DNA of 64,000 nucleotides from a plasmid: sequence record NZ_KX443406.1; one strand, 5' to 3'. Shown piece by piece: positions 55,066 to 64,000 of this stretch (position 1 is its first letter; each line of letters starts with the position of its first letter). The notes under the pieces were generated by a model. It saw only the letters and a program-made list of their open reading frames with translations, ran no database searches and was not told where the DNA came from. The position numbers and the translations under genes were made by a program.

Positions 55066-56497
55066 CGGTCAAGCCCCTGGTAGTGGTGTAACTGTTTTGT
55101 GATCCTTCGTTGGTGGTCAGGCGGGTAGTTGCATCAGGTCATCGGTGCTCACCTCCGTCGCCTGGCTCGGGTCGGTGTCGGTGGTCAGGGTGAGTCGGCA
55201 GCGGCCCAGGACTTCCAGGCCGAGGTATCGGCGGCCTTGAAGCCCATTCGTCGCTCTGCTCGGCCAGCACGGCGCCGATCAGGCGCACGATGGCGTCCCG
55301 GTTGGGGAAGATCCCGACGACATCGGTGCGGCGGCGGATCTCGCGGTTGAGCCGTTCGGTGGGGTTGTTAGACCAGATCTGGCGCCACACGTCGTCGGGG
55401 AAGACGGTGAACGCCAGCAGGTCCTCGCGGGCGTCGCCGAGGTGATCGGCCACGTCGGGCAGCCGGCCTTCGGTGTACTCCAGCAGCCGGTCGAACTGAG
55501 CATTGACGGCTTCCGCGGTGGGCTGGTCGTAGACGCTGTGCAGCATCGCCTTCACGGCCGGCCACATGGACTTGGGACACACTGCCATCAGGTTCGCCGA
55601 GTAGTGGGTGCGGCAGCGCTGCCACGCCGCTCCCGGCAGGTTCGCCGCGATCGCCTCCACCAGGCCGGCGTGGGCATCGGAGGTCACCAGCCTCACCCCA
55701 CCGAGGCCGCGGGCGACCAGGTCGGCGAAGACGGTGTTCCACGAGGCCTTGGTCTCGCTGGTGGCCCCCTGCATCCCCAGCACCTCGCGGTGGCCGTCTC
55801 CGTTGACGCCGGTGGCCAGCAGCACCGAGGCCTTGACGACCTGCTTGTTCTCCCGGACCTTGATCGTCAACGCATCGGCGGTGACGAAGGTGAACGGGCC
55901 GGCCTCATCCAGGCGGCGATGGCGGAAGGCGGCGACCTGCTCGTCGAGGTCTTGGGTCATGCGGGAGACCTGCGACTTGGACAGCGAGTCGATGCCCAGG
56001 GTCTTGACGAGCTTGTCCATGCGGCGGGTGGAGACCCCGGCGAGGTAGCAGTCGGCCACGACGGTGATCAGGGCCGACTCGGCCCGCTTGCGGCGCTCCA
56101 GAAGCCACTCCGGGAAATAAGAACCCGAGCGCAGCTTCGGGATCGCGACGTCGACGGTGCCCACGCGGGTGTCCAGCGGTCGGTGGCGGTAGCCGTTGCG
56201 GTAGTTAGTGCGCTCAGCCGAGCGGGCGTTCCACTCGGCCCCGCACACGGCGTCGGCGTCCGCGGACAGCAGGGCGTTGATCATGGTCTGCAGCAGCTCG
56301 CGCATCAAATCCGGAGATGCATCAGCCAGGGCTTGGCCAAGTAGGCCTGCAGGGTCGACAATATGGGGTGCGGTCATCGTGATGACTCCTCGAGGATTCT
56401 TTAGACGGTTGACTCGAAGGATCACACGGTGGCCGCTCTACATCCGTCCCGACACGGTTGACGGGCACGATCTCGGCCACCGAGTTACACCACTCTA
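55066..56497. mobile_element. IS256-family insertion sequence, complete (~1.42 kb); imperfect IRs TAGTGGTGTAACTG... / ...GAGTTACACCACTCTA
   Basis: Transposase gene plus terminal inverted repeats. The outer boundary is uncertain by about 10 bp because flanking bases are shared with the partial copy. Confidence 0.6.
55139..56425 (-). CDS. IS256-family (MULE) transposase
   Basis: 428 aa. Conserved blocks ...YFPEWLLERRKRAESALITVVADCYLAGVSTRRMDKLV...VTSDAHAGLVEAI...WQRCRTHYSANLM... Confidence 0.8.
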   Translation of the reverse strand: MILRVNRLKNPRGVITMTAPHIVDPAGLLGQALADASPDLMRELLQTMINALLSADADAVCGAEWNARSAERTNYRNGYRHRPLDTRVGTVDVAIPKLRSGSYFPEWLLERRKRAESALITVVADCYLAGVSTRRMDKLVKTLGIDSLSKSQVSRMTQDLDEQVAAFRHRRLDEAGPFTFVTADALTIKVRENKQVVKASVLLATGVNGDGHREVLGMQGATSETKASWNTVFADLVARGLGGVRLVTSDAHAGLVEAIAANLPGAAWQRCRTHYSANLMAVCPKSMWPAVKAMLHSVYDQPTAEAVNAQFDRLLEYTEGRLPDVADHLGDAREDLLAFTVFPDDVWRQIWSNNPTERLNREIRRRTDVVGIFPNRDAIVRLIGAVLAEQSDEWASRPPIPRPGSPGPLPTHPDHRHRPEPGDGGEHR

Positions 56498-57405
56498 TGG
56501 GGCACTACTGTTGCTGCCGCCATTGCAACCAGCGCATCTCGCCAAGCGGGCGCTACACGCGAATGGGGTATGGACAAGTGTGTGCCTACTTCCGACTCGT
56601 ATGCTTCGAAGATCGCATTCAGAGGCCGCTGAGGAACGTATCTCCCACGACTTCCTTCCACTATTCCCCGTTGCACCCTGAGTTGATGTGCTCGATCGAG
56701 TGACCCGTCTGTTAGACGCTCGAAGGGCGCCTATCCGGTCACTGATGTGACATAGGTCACCCTCGAAGGGGTTGGGATCACTTCACGGTGTCCCTACTCG
56801 AGTCAGCCGACTCGGTGCCTGCCGGAGTGCCTAATCCGCAGGGTGGTAGCTATCGCACCGCGGCGTCTACATCGGACGTCTATCGATCCTCTGAGATCTG
56901 TCGTTGTGGGCACTGACTGCTACCTGGGTCTCGGCGCTAGTGAAATATGCCGGGTCGTCTATTGCCGTCATTGCGGCGGTGAGGGCGGCGGGTTGGAACG
57001 AGGCGCTGACCGTATGGGTCTGGGCAGGGTCGATTGGCGACCGTGTACGTCGAGTTCGAGAATCTGGTCTGGTTCCACCAGTTCGAAGTAGCGAGGATCA
57101 GGGTTGGTCCGTGCTGCGACAATGTCGCCGTAGCCGATCCGCCGAGTCGGGTTGCCGAGGTGGACTCGTTCGTGCGTGCCGATGAATCGGAAATGAGGCA
57201 TGGCGCTTATCCCTGTCTACGTTCCTGATGCCGTGACCAAGATCGGCCACCCTGCGACATGCCTCCCGATCCCGCCACGGTTTCCGTGATGCCTACTTAA
57301 GAAGATTAGCAATCATGGACGATGGATGGAACCGGCAGCGCCGTTCGACGTAGCATCAGTTCGATCTCGACTCAAGCATCGATGCCGGCCCAGTCAGCTA
57401 ACGCG

Positions 57406-57768
57406 TCAGGACTTCTTGACGACACTCGATTTCAGCTGCATGGCGCCGATGCCGTCGATCTTGCAGTCGATGTCATGGTCACCGATGCCAGCGACGAGGC
57501 GGATGTTGCGGACTTTCGTGCCGGCCTTGATTCCTGTGGGGAGGCCCTTGACCTTCAGACTCTTGATGACGGTGACGGTGTCTCCATCGGTGAGGACGTT
57601 ACCGACGGCGTCCTTGATCACCTCGGAGGGTGCACTGGTCGCGGCCTCGGAGATCGGCGCCCATTCGTGCGCGCATTCCGGGCACACCACCAGGGCGCCT
57701 ATCTCGTAGGTGTACACATATGAGCACTGCGGGCATGGGGGAGGTGGCTGGTCCATTCGCGCCATCAT
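57406..57768 (-). CDS. phnA: PhnA-family zinc-ribbon protein
   Basis: CPQC...CPEC zinc ribbon, then VKDAVGNVLTDGDTVTVIKSLKVKG...KIDGIGAMQLKS matches PhnA/YjdC. Confidence 0.6.
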   Translation of the reverse strand: MMARMDQPPPPCPQCSYVYTYEIGALVVCPECAHEWAPISEAATSAPSEVIKDAVGNVLTDGDTVTVIKSLKVKGLPTGIKAGTKVRNIRLVAGIGDHDIDCKIDGIGAMQLKSSVVKKS

Positions 57769-57942
57769 ATTCGAGGCGGTAGCCGGGCCGGACGTCCGTC
57801 ATGCGCCACCCTGGCCGCAGCCAGGGTGGCGGAGCGAAGTCGGCACCTCGTCCTCTCCCACAGTCGTGGCGCGACAAGGGTTCTTGTGCTGCGCACCGAC
57901 CGAGTTGTGCGTTCCACCTGGGGGATCGTCAATCCTTGGGTA

Positions 57943-59100
57943 TCAGCTGAGACGCTCGATGATGGTCACGTTCGCCGTGCCCCCGCCTTCGCAGATGGTT
58001 TGCAGGCCGTAGCGGCCGCCGGTGCGTTCGAGTTCATTGAGGAGGGTGGCGAACAGCTTTGTGCCGGTCGCGCCGAGGGGGTGGCCGAGTGCGATGGCGC
58101 CACCGTTGACGTTCACCTTCGCGGGATCAGCGCCAGTCTCCTTGATCCAAGACAGCACGACGGGGGCGAATGCCTCGTTGATCTCGACCACGTCGATGTC
58201 GTCGATGGTCAACCCGGCCTTCGCCAGGGCGTACTTGGTGGCGGGGATAGGCGCGCCGAGCATGAAGATCGGGTCGGCTCCGCGGGCGCTGACATGGTGA
58301 ATTCGTGCACGAGGGGTCAGACCATACTGCTGCACAGCCGATGCGGAGGCGAGCAGTGTTGCACTGGCGCCATCACAGATCTGGCTCGCCAGGGCAGCTG
58401 TCAGCCGGCCCCCCTCGACAAGGGTGCCGAGTGCGGACATCTTCTCCAGGCTGGTGTTGCGGGGGCACTCATCGACCGTGAACCGGGCGACGGGGACGAT
58501 CTCGTTACCGAAACGGCCTTCGGCGATGGCCCTGAGAGCACGTTCGTGGCTTTGTAGTGCCCATCGCTCCATGTCCTCGCGGGTGATATCCCACTTCTCG
58601 GCAATCATCTCGGCGCCGCGGAACTGCGAGACCTCCTGGTTGCCGTATCTGCGTTCCCAGCCGACGGCCCCCGCGAACGGAGTGTCGAACCCGAACTGCG
58701 CGCCGACGGCCATCGCCGACGCGATCGGGATCATGCTCATGTTCTGAACGCCGCCGGCCACAACCAGATCCGCGGTGCCACTCATGATCGCCTGAGCTGC
58801 AAAGTGGACGGCCTGCTGGCTCGACCCACACTGACGGTCCACGGTGACCCCGGGGACTGCGTCGTCGAAGCCCGCGGTAAGCCAGGAGGTACGGGCGATG
58901 TTGCCGGCTTGCGGCCCGATCGCGTCGACGCACCCGAAGACGACGTCGTCGATCGACGACGGATCCAGAGGGGTGCGCACGAATAGTTGTTCGAGCACGG
59001 TAGCCCCGAGATCGGCAGGATGAATCCCGGACAGGGCGCCCCCCTTTCGTCCCACTGGGGTTCGGATGGCATCAACTACATAGGCTTCGGGCATGAACAC
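57943..59100 (-). CDS. Thiolase (acetyl-CoA C-acyltransferase)
   Basis: N-terminal VVDAIRTPVGRKGG. Catalytic Cys block (QCGSSQQAV). C-terminal [17 protein letters not shown]...CEGGGTANVTIIERL. Confidence 0.8.
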   Translation of the reverse strand: MFMPEAYVVDAIRTPVGRKGGALSGIHPADLGATVLEQLFVRTPLDPSSIDDVVFGCVDAIGPQAGNIARTSWLTAGFDDAVPGVTVDRQCGSSQQAVHFAAQAIMSGTADLVVAGGVQNMSMIPIASAMAVGAQFGFDTPFAGAVGWERRYGNQEVSQFRGAEMIAEKWDITREDMERWALQSHERALRAIAEGRFGNEIVPVARFTVDECPRNTSLEKMSALGTLVEGGRLTAALASQICDGASATLLASASAVQQYGLTPRARIHHVSARGADPIFMLGAPIPATKYALAKAGLTIDDIDVVEINEAFAPVVLSWIKETGADPAKVNVNGGAIALGHPLGATGTKLFATLLNELERTGGRYGLQTICEGGGTANVTIIERLS

Positions 59101-59326
59101 TCCTCATCGATGTGGCACCACCGTCCGCGGCCGTGGATCTCGGTAGGAGGACTGAGCGAGGCCGTGTCTGGCGCAGAAAACAAGCAAGCGCTTGGTTTGA
59201 TCACCATACTCCTTCAGGGCCCGTCCGCTGCCAGGCAGGACTCCAAGCGTTGGCGGAGACGTCTGTTTCCCATAGAGTTTTCGGCATCGGCGTGGGGTTC
59301 GCGGGCCCTAACGCCCCCCGGAGGAG

Positions 59327-59962
59327 TTGACGATGAGCCCAGCGACCACGGCTGATCTGCAGGACCGGCGTGTCATGGAGACGGGCATTGCTGCGTTCGT
59401 GGGATTCGTCGATGCGCTCGGCTTCGTGGTGCTCGGCGGTTTCTTCGTCTCTTCCGTCGATGCCACCACCACCCAGACCGGCGTCGCGTTGGGTGGCGGC
59501 ATCCACTGGCCACTCGGCCTGTTGGCGGCCATTCTCGGGAGCTTTCTGATCGGCGTCATGGCAGCAACATATGTGGGCCGGTGCTGGCCGAGGCGGCGCG
59601 TTACTGGGGCTTTCATGGTGGCGACAGCCGCGTTGGTGGCCAGTGGATTGATCGGGCAGATATCCGATTCTCGGGTGATGATCGGGTTCACTCTGGCCCT
59701 GGCCATGGGGTCGGCAAACACTCTCGTCGAACCTGCTGGTCTGCTCGTGGATATGGCGCGGGCCCTCTCCGAGCGCCTGCAGTCCACCCGCTCCCGAGTA
59801 TGGGCACGGCATCTACTGCTGTGGGTAGCCATGACACTCGGCGCCGCGGTCGGTGCAGTATTGGGGAGCCATCTAGGAACGAGCACCGCCTGGATCGCCG
59901 CAGCAATAGCCCTCCTCGTCGCGATACGCGCGGCCGTAACACCGAACGGGACACCGTCGTAG
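59327..59962 (+). CDS. DUF1275/YoaK-family membrane protein
   Basis: 6 TM. GFVDALGFVVLGGFFVSSV N-terminal signature. Confidence 0.5.
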   Translation: MTMSPATTADLQDRRVMETGIAAFVGFVDALGFVVLGGFFVSSVDATTTQTGVALGGGIHWPLGLLAAILGSFLIGVMAATYVGRCWPRRRVTGAFMVATAALVASGLIGQISDSRVMIGFTLALAMGSANTLVEPAGLLVDMARALSERLQSTRSRVWARHLLLWVAMTLGAAVGAVLGSHLGTSTAWIAAAIALLVAIRAAVTPNGTPS

Positions 59963-60059
59963 GGGTCCACACGCGAGAAGCTCAGAGGGGTTGAGTCCTC
60001 AGCCGTCTGCCGTGGTGTCGGCCGTCGGGGAAATGTCTCGACGGCCGACACCACGATGG

Positions 60060-60779
<720 letters not shown>

Positions 60780-60951
60780 CTACAACCTCCACTGTGAGAA
60801 CTAAAACACGTTCTTATTAACACACAGAACGTCAAGTTGCTAAGATTCGCAATTAGTGTGGGAGGATGGGTTGAACGCACGCATAGTCGAGAAGGTGCAC
60901 GCGACTGCTCGAGGTGGGCACGCGGATGCTAAGAGTAGGACGGGAGGCGTC

Positions 60952-61317
60952 ATGGTTGCGAGTTCGCGCCAACCGCTGTACCAGATGAAGGCGGACTTCT
61001 TCAAGACGCTGGGGCACCCCGCCCGCATTCGCGTTCTGGAATTGCTCAGCGAACGCGATCATGCCGTCTCGGAGATGTTGCCTGAGGTCGGAATCGAGCC
61101 GGCGAACCTGTCGCAACAACTGTCGATACTCCGTAGAGCGGGCCTGGTCACAGGCAAGCGTGAAGGCTTGTCCGTTTCATACGCCCTGACGTCGCCACAC
61201 ATTGCCGACCTCCTGGCGATCGCCCGGGAAATCTTGACCGGCGTCGTCGCCGGCCAAGCCGAGTTACTCGAAGACCTCCCGCAGTCCGCCGCGTTGGTCG
61301 GCGAGTCCACCGGCTGA
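60952..61317 (+). CDS. ArsR/SmtB-family transcriptional regulator
   Basis: FKTLGHPARIRVLELLSERDHAVSEMLPEVGIEPANLSQQLSILRRAGLV HTH. ATG 60952 within ORF 60856..61317. Confidence 0.65.
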   Translation: MVASSRQPLYQMKADFFKTLGHPARIRVLELLSERDHAVSEMLPEVGIEPANLSQQLSILRRAGLVTGKREGLSVSYALTSPHIADLLAIAREILTGVVAGQAELLEDLPQSAALVGESTG

Positions 61318-61381
61318 CGGATCCGCTCGGGCAGGTGAACAGCGCGCAACTACTGATTGCAAATGTTCTTACATAGGCATC

Positions 61382-62275
61382 TTGCAGGAACGGATCACGA
61401 GGGTGGCTGACGAAGACAACGACACAGGCATCGTCGACGGTGAGGATCTGAGGCTGCCCTCGATCGACGCCGCCGTTGTGACCGTAGGGGCGGCGGCTCA
61501 CGGGGGCCGTACTCGGATATCCCCGCAGGTCTCGCCGTGGACAGTGATGGAACAGTATGCGGATCTGATCTGCACCCGAACGCCACTGCGGGTATTGCGT
61601 CTGCCCATGACCACGGGGGATGTTCAGCTCGTCGCATCGCGCATAGTCACCACGGCACCGCGTGTGTCGTTGGCGTTCGTGACGGGCGTCGGAGCCGGGG
61701 AGTCCGCCCGAGTCAAGAGTGAGGTCGCCTCTCAGGGCGGCCCACTGGTCCTCACCGAACTTGACGTGATCACCGCAGCACTAGCCGGAACCACGATCTC
61801 TATTCTTCGTCGTAGTGGTGCTGCGCCAGGTTTCGGGCGGATCGTGATCAATGGGCCCGAGCGTGCACCCCTACTCGGCCCGACCTTGATGAAGTCCGGG
61901 ATCGCGGAGATCACCAACTGGCACAGCAGTGACGCTCACGCCTTTCCGCTCCGGCGATTGATGGAGCACCACGACGTTCTGATCGATCTCGCCGGCACTG
62001 CGGCTGACACCGACGCTCCCGGCCGCACGGTGCGCTACCCAGCCGAGCCGTTCCGGCTCGGACAGTTGATCGTGCCCGGTCTGATCGGCGCTCTTTGTGG
62101 GCACGAGATCGGGGAAGTCACCGCGGAGATTCTTGCCGCTGCCGCGAGGGCTCTGGCGTTGATCACACCGGTAGGGCAGGCCTTGCCTGATCCGGGTGAC
62201 AGCCTCGTCACGCCCGCGATCGCACGCCAGGTCGGTCGTGTCGTCATCCACCTGACCGACCGTGGGACGCACTAG
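61382..62275 (+). CDS. Hypothetical protein (possible malic-enzyme-like NAD(P)-binding fold; very uncertain)
   Basis: ORF only, with weak Gly-rich motifs. Confidence 0.25.
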   Translation: MQERITRVADEDNDTGIVDGEDLRLPSIDAAVVTVGAAAHGGRTRISPQVSPWTVMEQYADLICTRTPLRVLRLPMTTGDVQLVASRIVTTAPRVSLAFVTGVGAGESARVKSEVASQGGPLVLTELDVITAALAGTTISILRRSGAAPGFGRIVINGPERAPLLGPTLMKSGIAEITNWHSSDAHAFPLRRLMEHHDVLIDLAGTAADTDAPGRTVRYPAEPFRLGQLIVPGLIGALCGHEIGEVTAEILAAAARALALITPVGQALPDPGDSLVTPAIARQVGRVVIHLTDRGTH

Positions 62276-62328
62276 ATGGAGCCCGGCCGCACCGACCGAA
62301 ACCCGACGACCTCTGTGAGGAGAACACC

Positions 62329-64000
62329 GTGACCACCACACCCCCCGTGACGGGTATCGGGGCAGCACCGACCACACACAAAGATATCGAGTCCTGGGTC
62401 GCCGGCGTCGCCGATCTCACCGCTCCGGACGCGGTCGTGTGGTGCGATGGCTCCGGCGGCGAATGGGACCGCCTGACGACCCAATTGGTCGACAAGGGCA
62501 CGTTCGTTCGCCTGGAGGGCAAGCCGAACTCGTTCTGGTGTGCCTCGGATCCCGAGGACGTCGCTCGGGTGGAGGATCGCACGTTCATATGCTCGGCATC
62601 GCCGTCCGATGCCGGTCCGACGAACAACTGGATGGATCCTGTCGACATGAAGACAGTGATGACCGAGCACTATCGCGGCGCGATGGTCGGCCGCACGATG
62701 TACGTCATCGCCTTCTGCATGGGTCCCATCGATGCCGCCGAGCCCAAGTTCGGAGTCCAGATCACCGACTCGGAATACGTCGCCGTCTCGATGCAGATCA
62801 TGACCCGATCCGGGACACAGGTGTGGGAAAAGCTCGCTACTGGAGTGGACTTCGTCAAGTGCCTCCACTCGGTCGGGTCCCCGCTGTACCCGGGCCAGGT
62901 CGACTCCACGTGGCCGTGCGATCACACCAAGTACATCTCCCACTTCCCGGAGGAGCGGATGATCTGGAGCTACGGCTCCGGCTACGGTGGCAACGCACTC
63001 CTCGGTAAGAAGTGCTACTCGCTGCGCATCGCGTCGAAGATGGCCAAGGACGAGGGCTGGCTCGCCGAGCACATGCTCATCCTCAAGCTCACCTCTCCCG
63101 AGAAGAAGACCCACTACATCGCGGCGGCCTTCCCGTCCTCGTGCGGTAAGACGAACCTCGCGATGCTCGAACCCACGCTCGATGGGTGGACCGCGGAGAC
63201 CATCGGCGACGACATCGCTTGGATGCGCTTCGGCGCAGACGGACGCCTCTACGCCGTCAACCCGGAAGCCGGCTTCTTCGGCGTCGCACCGGGCACCGGG
63301 GTGCACACCAACCCCCACGCGATGGCGACCATCGAACGGGGAAACTCGATCTTCACCAACGTCGCCCTCACCGACGACGGCGACGTCTGGTGGGAAGGCA
63401 TGACCGATCAGCCGCCCGCGCATCTGACGGACTGGCGCCGCCAGAGCTGGACTCCCAATGCGGAAAGACCTGCCGCGCACCCGAACTCGCGCTACTGCAC
63501 ACCGATCGCTCAGTGTCCGACCGTCGCCCCGGAGTGGAACGACCCCGCCGGCGTACCGATCTCGGCGATCTTCTTCGGCGGTCGCCGCGCCACCACGATC
63601 CCCCTCGTCACCGAGGCCTCGAGTTGGCAACACGGGGTGTTCCTCGCCTCCACCCTGTCGTCGGAAACCACCGCCGCGGCCACCGGCAAGGTCGGTGTGG
63701 TGCGCCGCGACCCCATGGCCATGCTTCCGTTCCTCGGCTACCACGTCGGCGACTACTTCGCGCACTGGCTCGACATTGGTACCAAGTCGGATCCGGAGAA
63801 GCTCCCGAGGATCTTCTACGTCAACTGGTTCCGGCGTAGCGACGGCGGTGAGTTCTTGTGGCCGGGCTTCGGGGAGAACTCCCGGATTCTCAAGTGGGCG
63901 CTGCAACGCATCGACGGCTCTGCCGGAGCCGACGTCACCCCGATCGGGAATGTCCCCACTGTCGACGATCTCGACCTGACCGGTCTACAGATCGACCAAA
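62329..64000 (+). CDS. pckG: Phosphoenolpyruvate carboxykinase (GTP), 3'-truncated by the window end
   Basis: Hand translation from GTG 62329 is open to the window end. It contains the GTP-PEPCK blocks [55 protein letters not shown] and [31 protein letters not shown]. The listed minus ORF 62272..63906 is its antisense artefact. Confidence 0.8.
   Translation, partial: MTTTPPVTGIGAAPTTHKDIESWVAGVADLTAPDAVVWCDGSGGEWDRLTTQLVDKGTFVRLEGKPNSFWCASDPEDVARVEDRTFICSASPSDAGPTNNWMDPVDMKTVMTEHYRGAMVGRTMYVIAFCMGPIDAAEPKFGVQITDSEYVAVSMQIMTRSGTQVWEKLATGVDFVKCLHSVGSPLYPGQVDSTWPCDHTKYISHFPEERMIWSYGSGYGGNALLGKKCYSLRIASKMAKDEGWLAEHMLILKLTSPEKKTHYIAAAFPSSCGKTNLAMLEPTLDGWTAETIGDDIAWMRFGADGRLYAVNPEAGFFGVAPGTGVHTNPHAMATIERGNSIFTNVALTDDGDVWWEGMTDQPPAHLTDWRRQSWTPNAERPAAHPNSRYCTPIAQCPTVAPEWNDPAGVPISAIFFGGRRATTIPLVTEASSWQHGVFLASTLSSETTAAATGKVGVVRRDPMAMLPFLGYHVGDYFAHWLDIGTKSDPEKLPRIFYVNWFRRSDGGEFLWPGFGENSRILKWALQRIDGSAGADVTPIGNVPTVDDLDLTGLQIDQ

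Noticed and set aside
56458-56703. 81-aa + ORF at the IS right end
   Set aside because: Lies inside the IS256 terminal region. Cys-rich odd composition with no SD.
62272-63906. 544-aa minus-strand ORF
   Set aside because: Antisense artefact of pckG. The + strand translation carries unmistakable GTP-PEPCK motifs.

Overview
The window is high-GC (about 66-68% by eye) actinobacterial DNA, Rhodococcus-like, and looks like plasmid or integrated mobile-element DNA next to chromosome-type genes. Homology statements below rest on motif recognition and recalled family sequences; no searches were run. I did not recognise any rRNA, tRNA or CRISPR array.

Regions, in order:

- 1-8968 (minus strand): a ten-gene operon with GTGA/ATGA stop-start overlaps that encodes only secreted or membrane proteins. 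It contains a polytopic membrane protein (running off the window start), a single-pass membrane protein, a lipoprotein and two pilin-sized 2-TM proteins. It also contains two tandem MinD/ParA-like proteins whose Walker A motif lacks the lysine, an acidic bitopic protein, a secreted Gly-zipper protein and a cutinase-like hydrolase. I read this as a candidate envelope-spanning conjugation/secretion-like apparatus, but no ATPase, coupling protein or relaxase is visible in the window.
- 9-25 kb: a plasmid-maintenance backbone. It holds XRE-type HTH regulators, parA plus an RHH partner flanked by arrays of GTTRCAAC-type repeats, a wHTH Rep-like gene and a DnaB N-terminal-domain-only protein. It also holds a serine-recombinase homolog whose catalytic Ser position reads Glu, a 516-aa ParB-like protein, a brnT/brnA toxin-antitoxin pair and a tight array of four 27-35-aa ORFs each with a Shine-Dalgarno site. 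A conserved promoter + 5'UTR-hairpin + SD leader occurs three times upstream of unrelated small genes.
- About 25.1-40.5 kb: a lower-GC island that starts with lsr2. It carries a MaoC hydratase, a weak methyltransferase call, a LysR regulator divergent from an MFS transporter, an orphan OmpR-type response regulator and a secreted chorismate mutase. It also carries six paralogous secreted proteins with a conserved C-terminal domain, two of them identical inside an 861-bp direct duplication. From memory this matches the Rhodococcus equi vap pathogenicity island (pVAPB-like: virR-icgA-vap-virS, vapK1/vapK2 duplicate, VapA/B-like allele, scm). That system is already described, not novel.
- 43-56.5 kb: two paralogous HTH genes with long palindromic operators; a Tn402/Tn5053-like tniA-tniB-tniQ module with a recognisable terminal IR but no tniR/res; and a complete IS256-family element. 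A 257-bp direct copy of the IS end brackets an aromatic-catabolism cassette (TetR, extradiol dioxygenase, FAH-family hydratase, FAD hydroxylase).
- 57-64 kb: chromosome-like metabolic genes (phnA, two thiolase paralogs of which one has an internal deletion, a DUF1275 membrane protein, arsR, partial GTP-dependent pckG).
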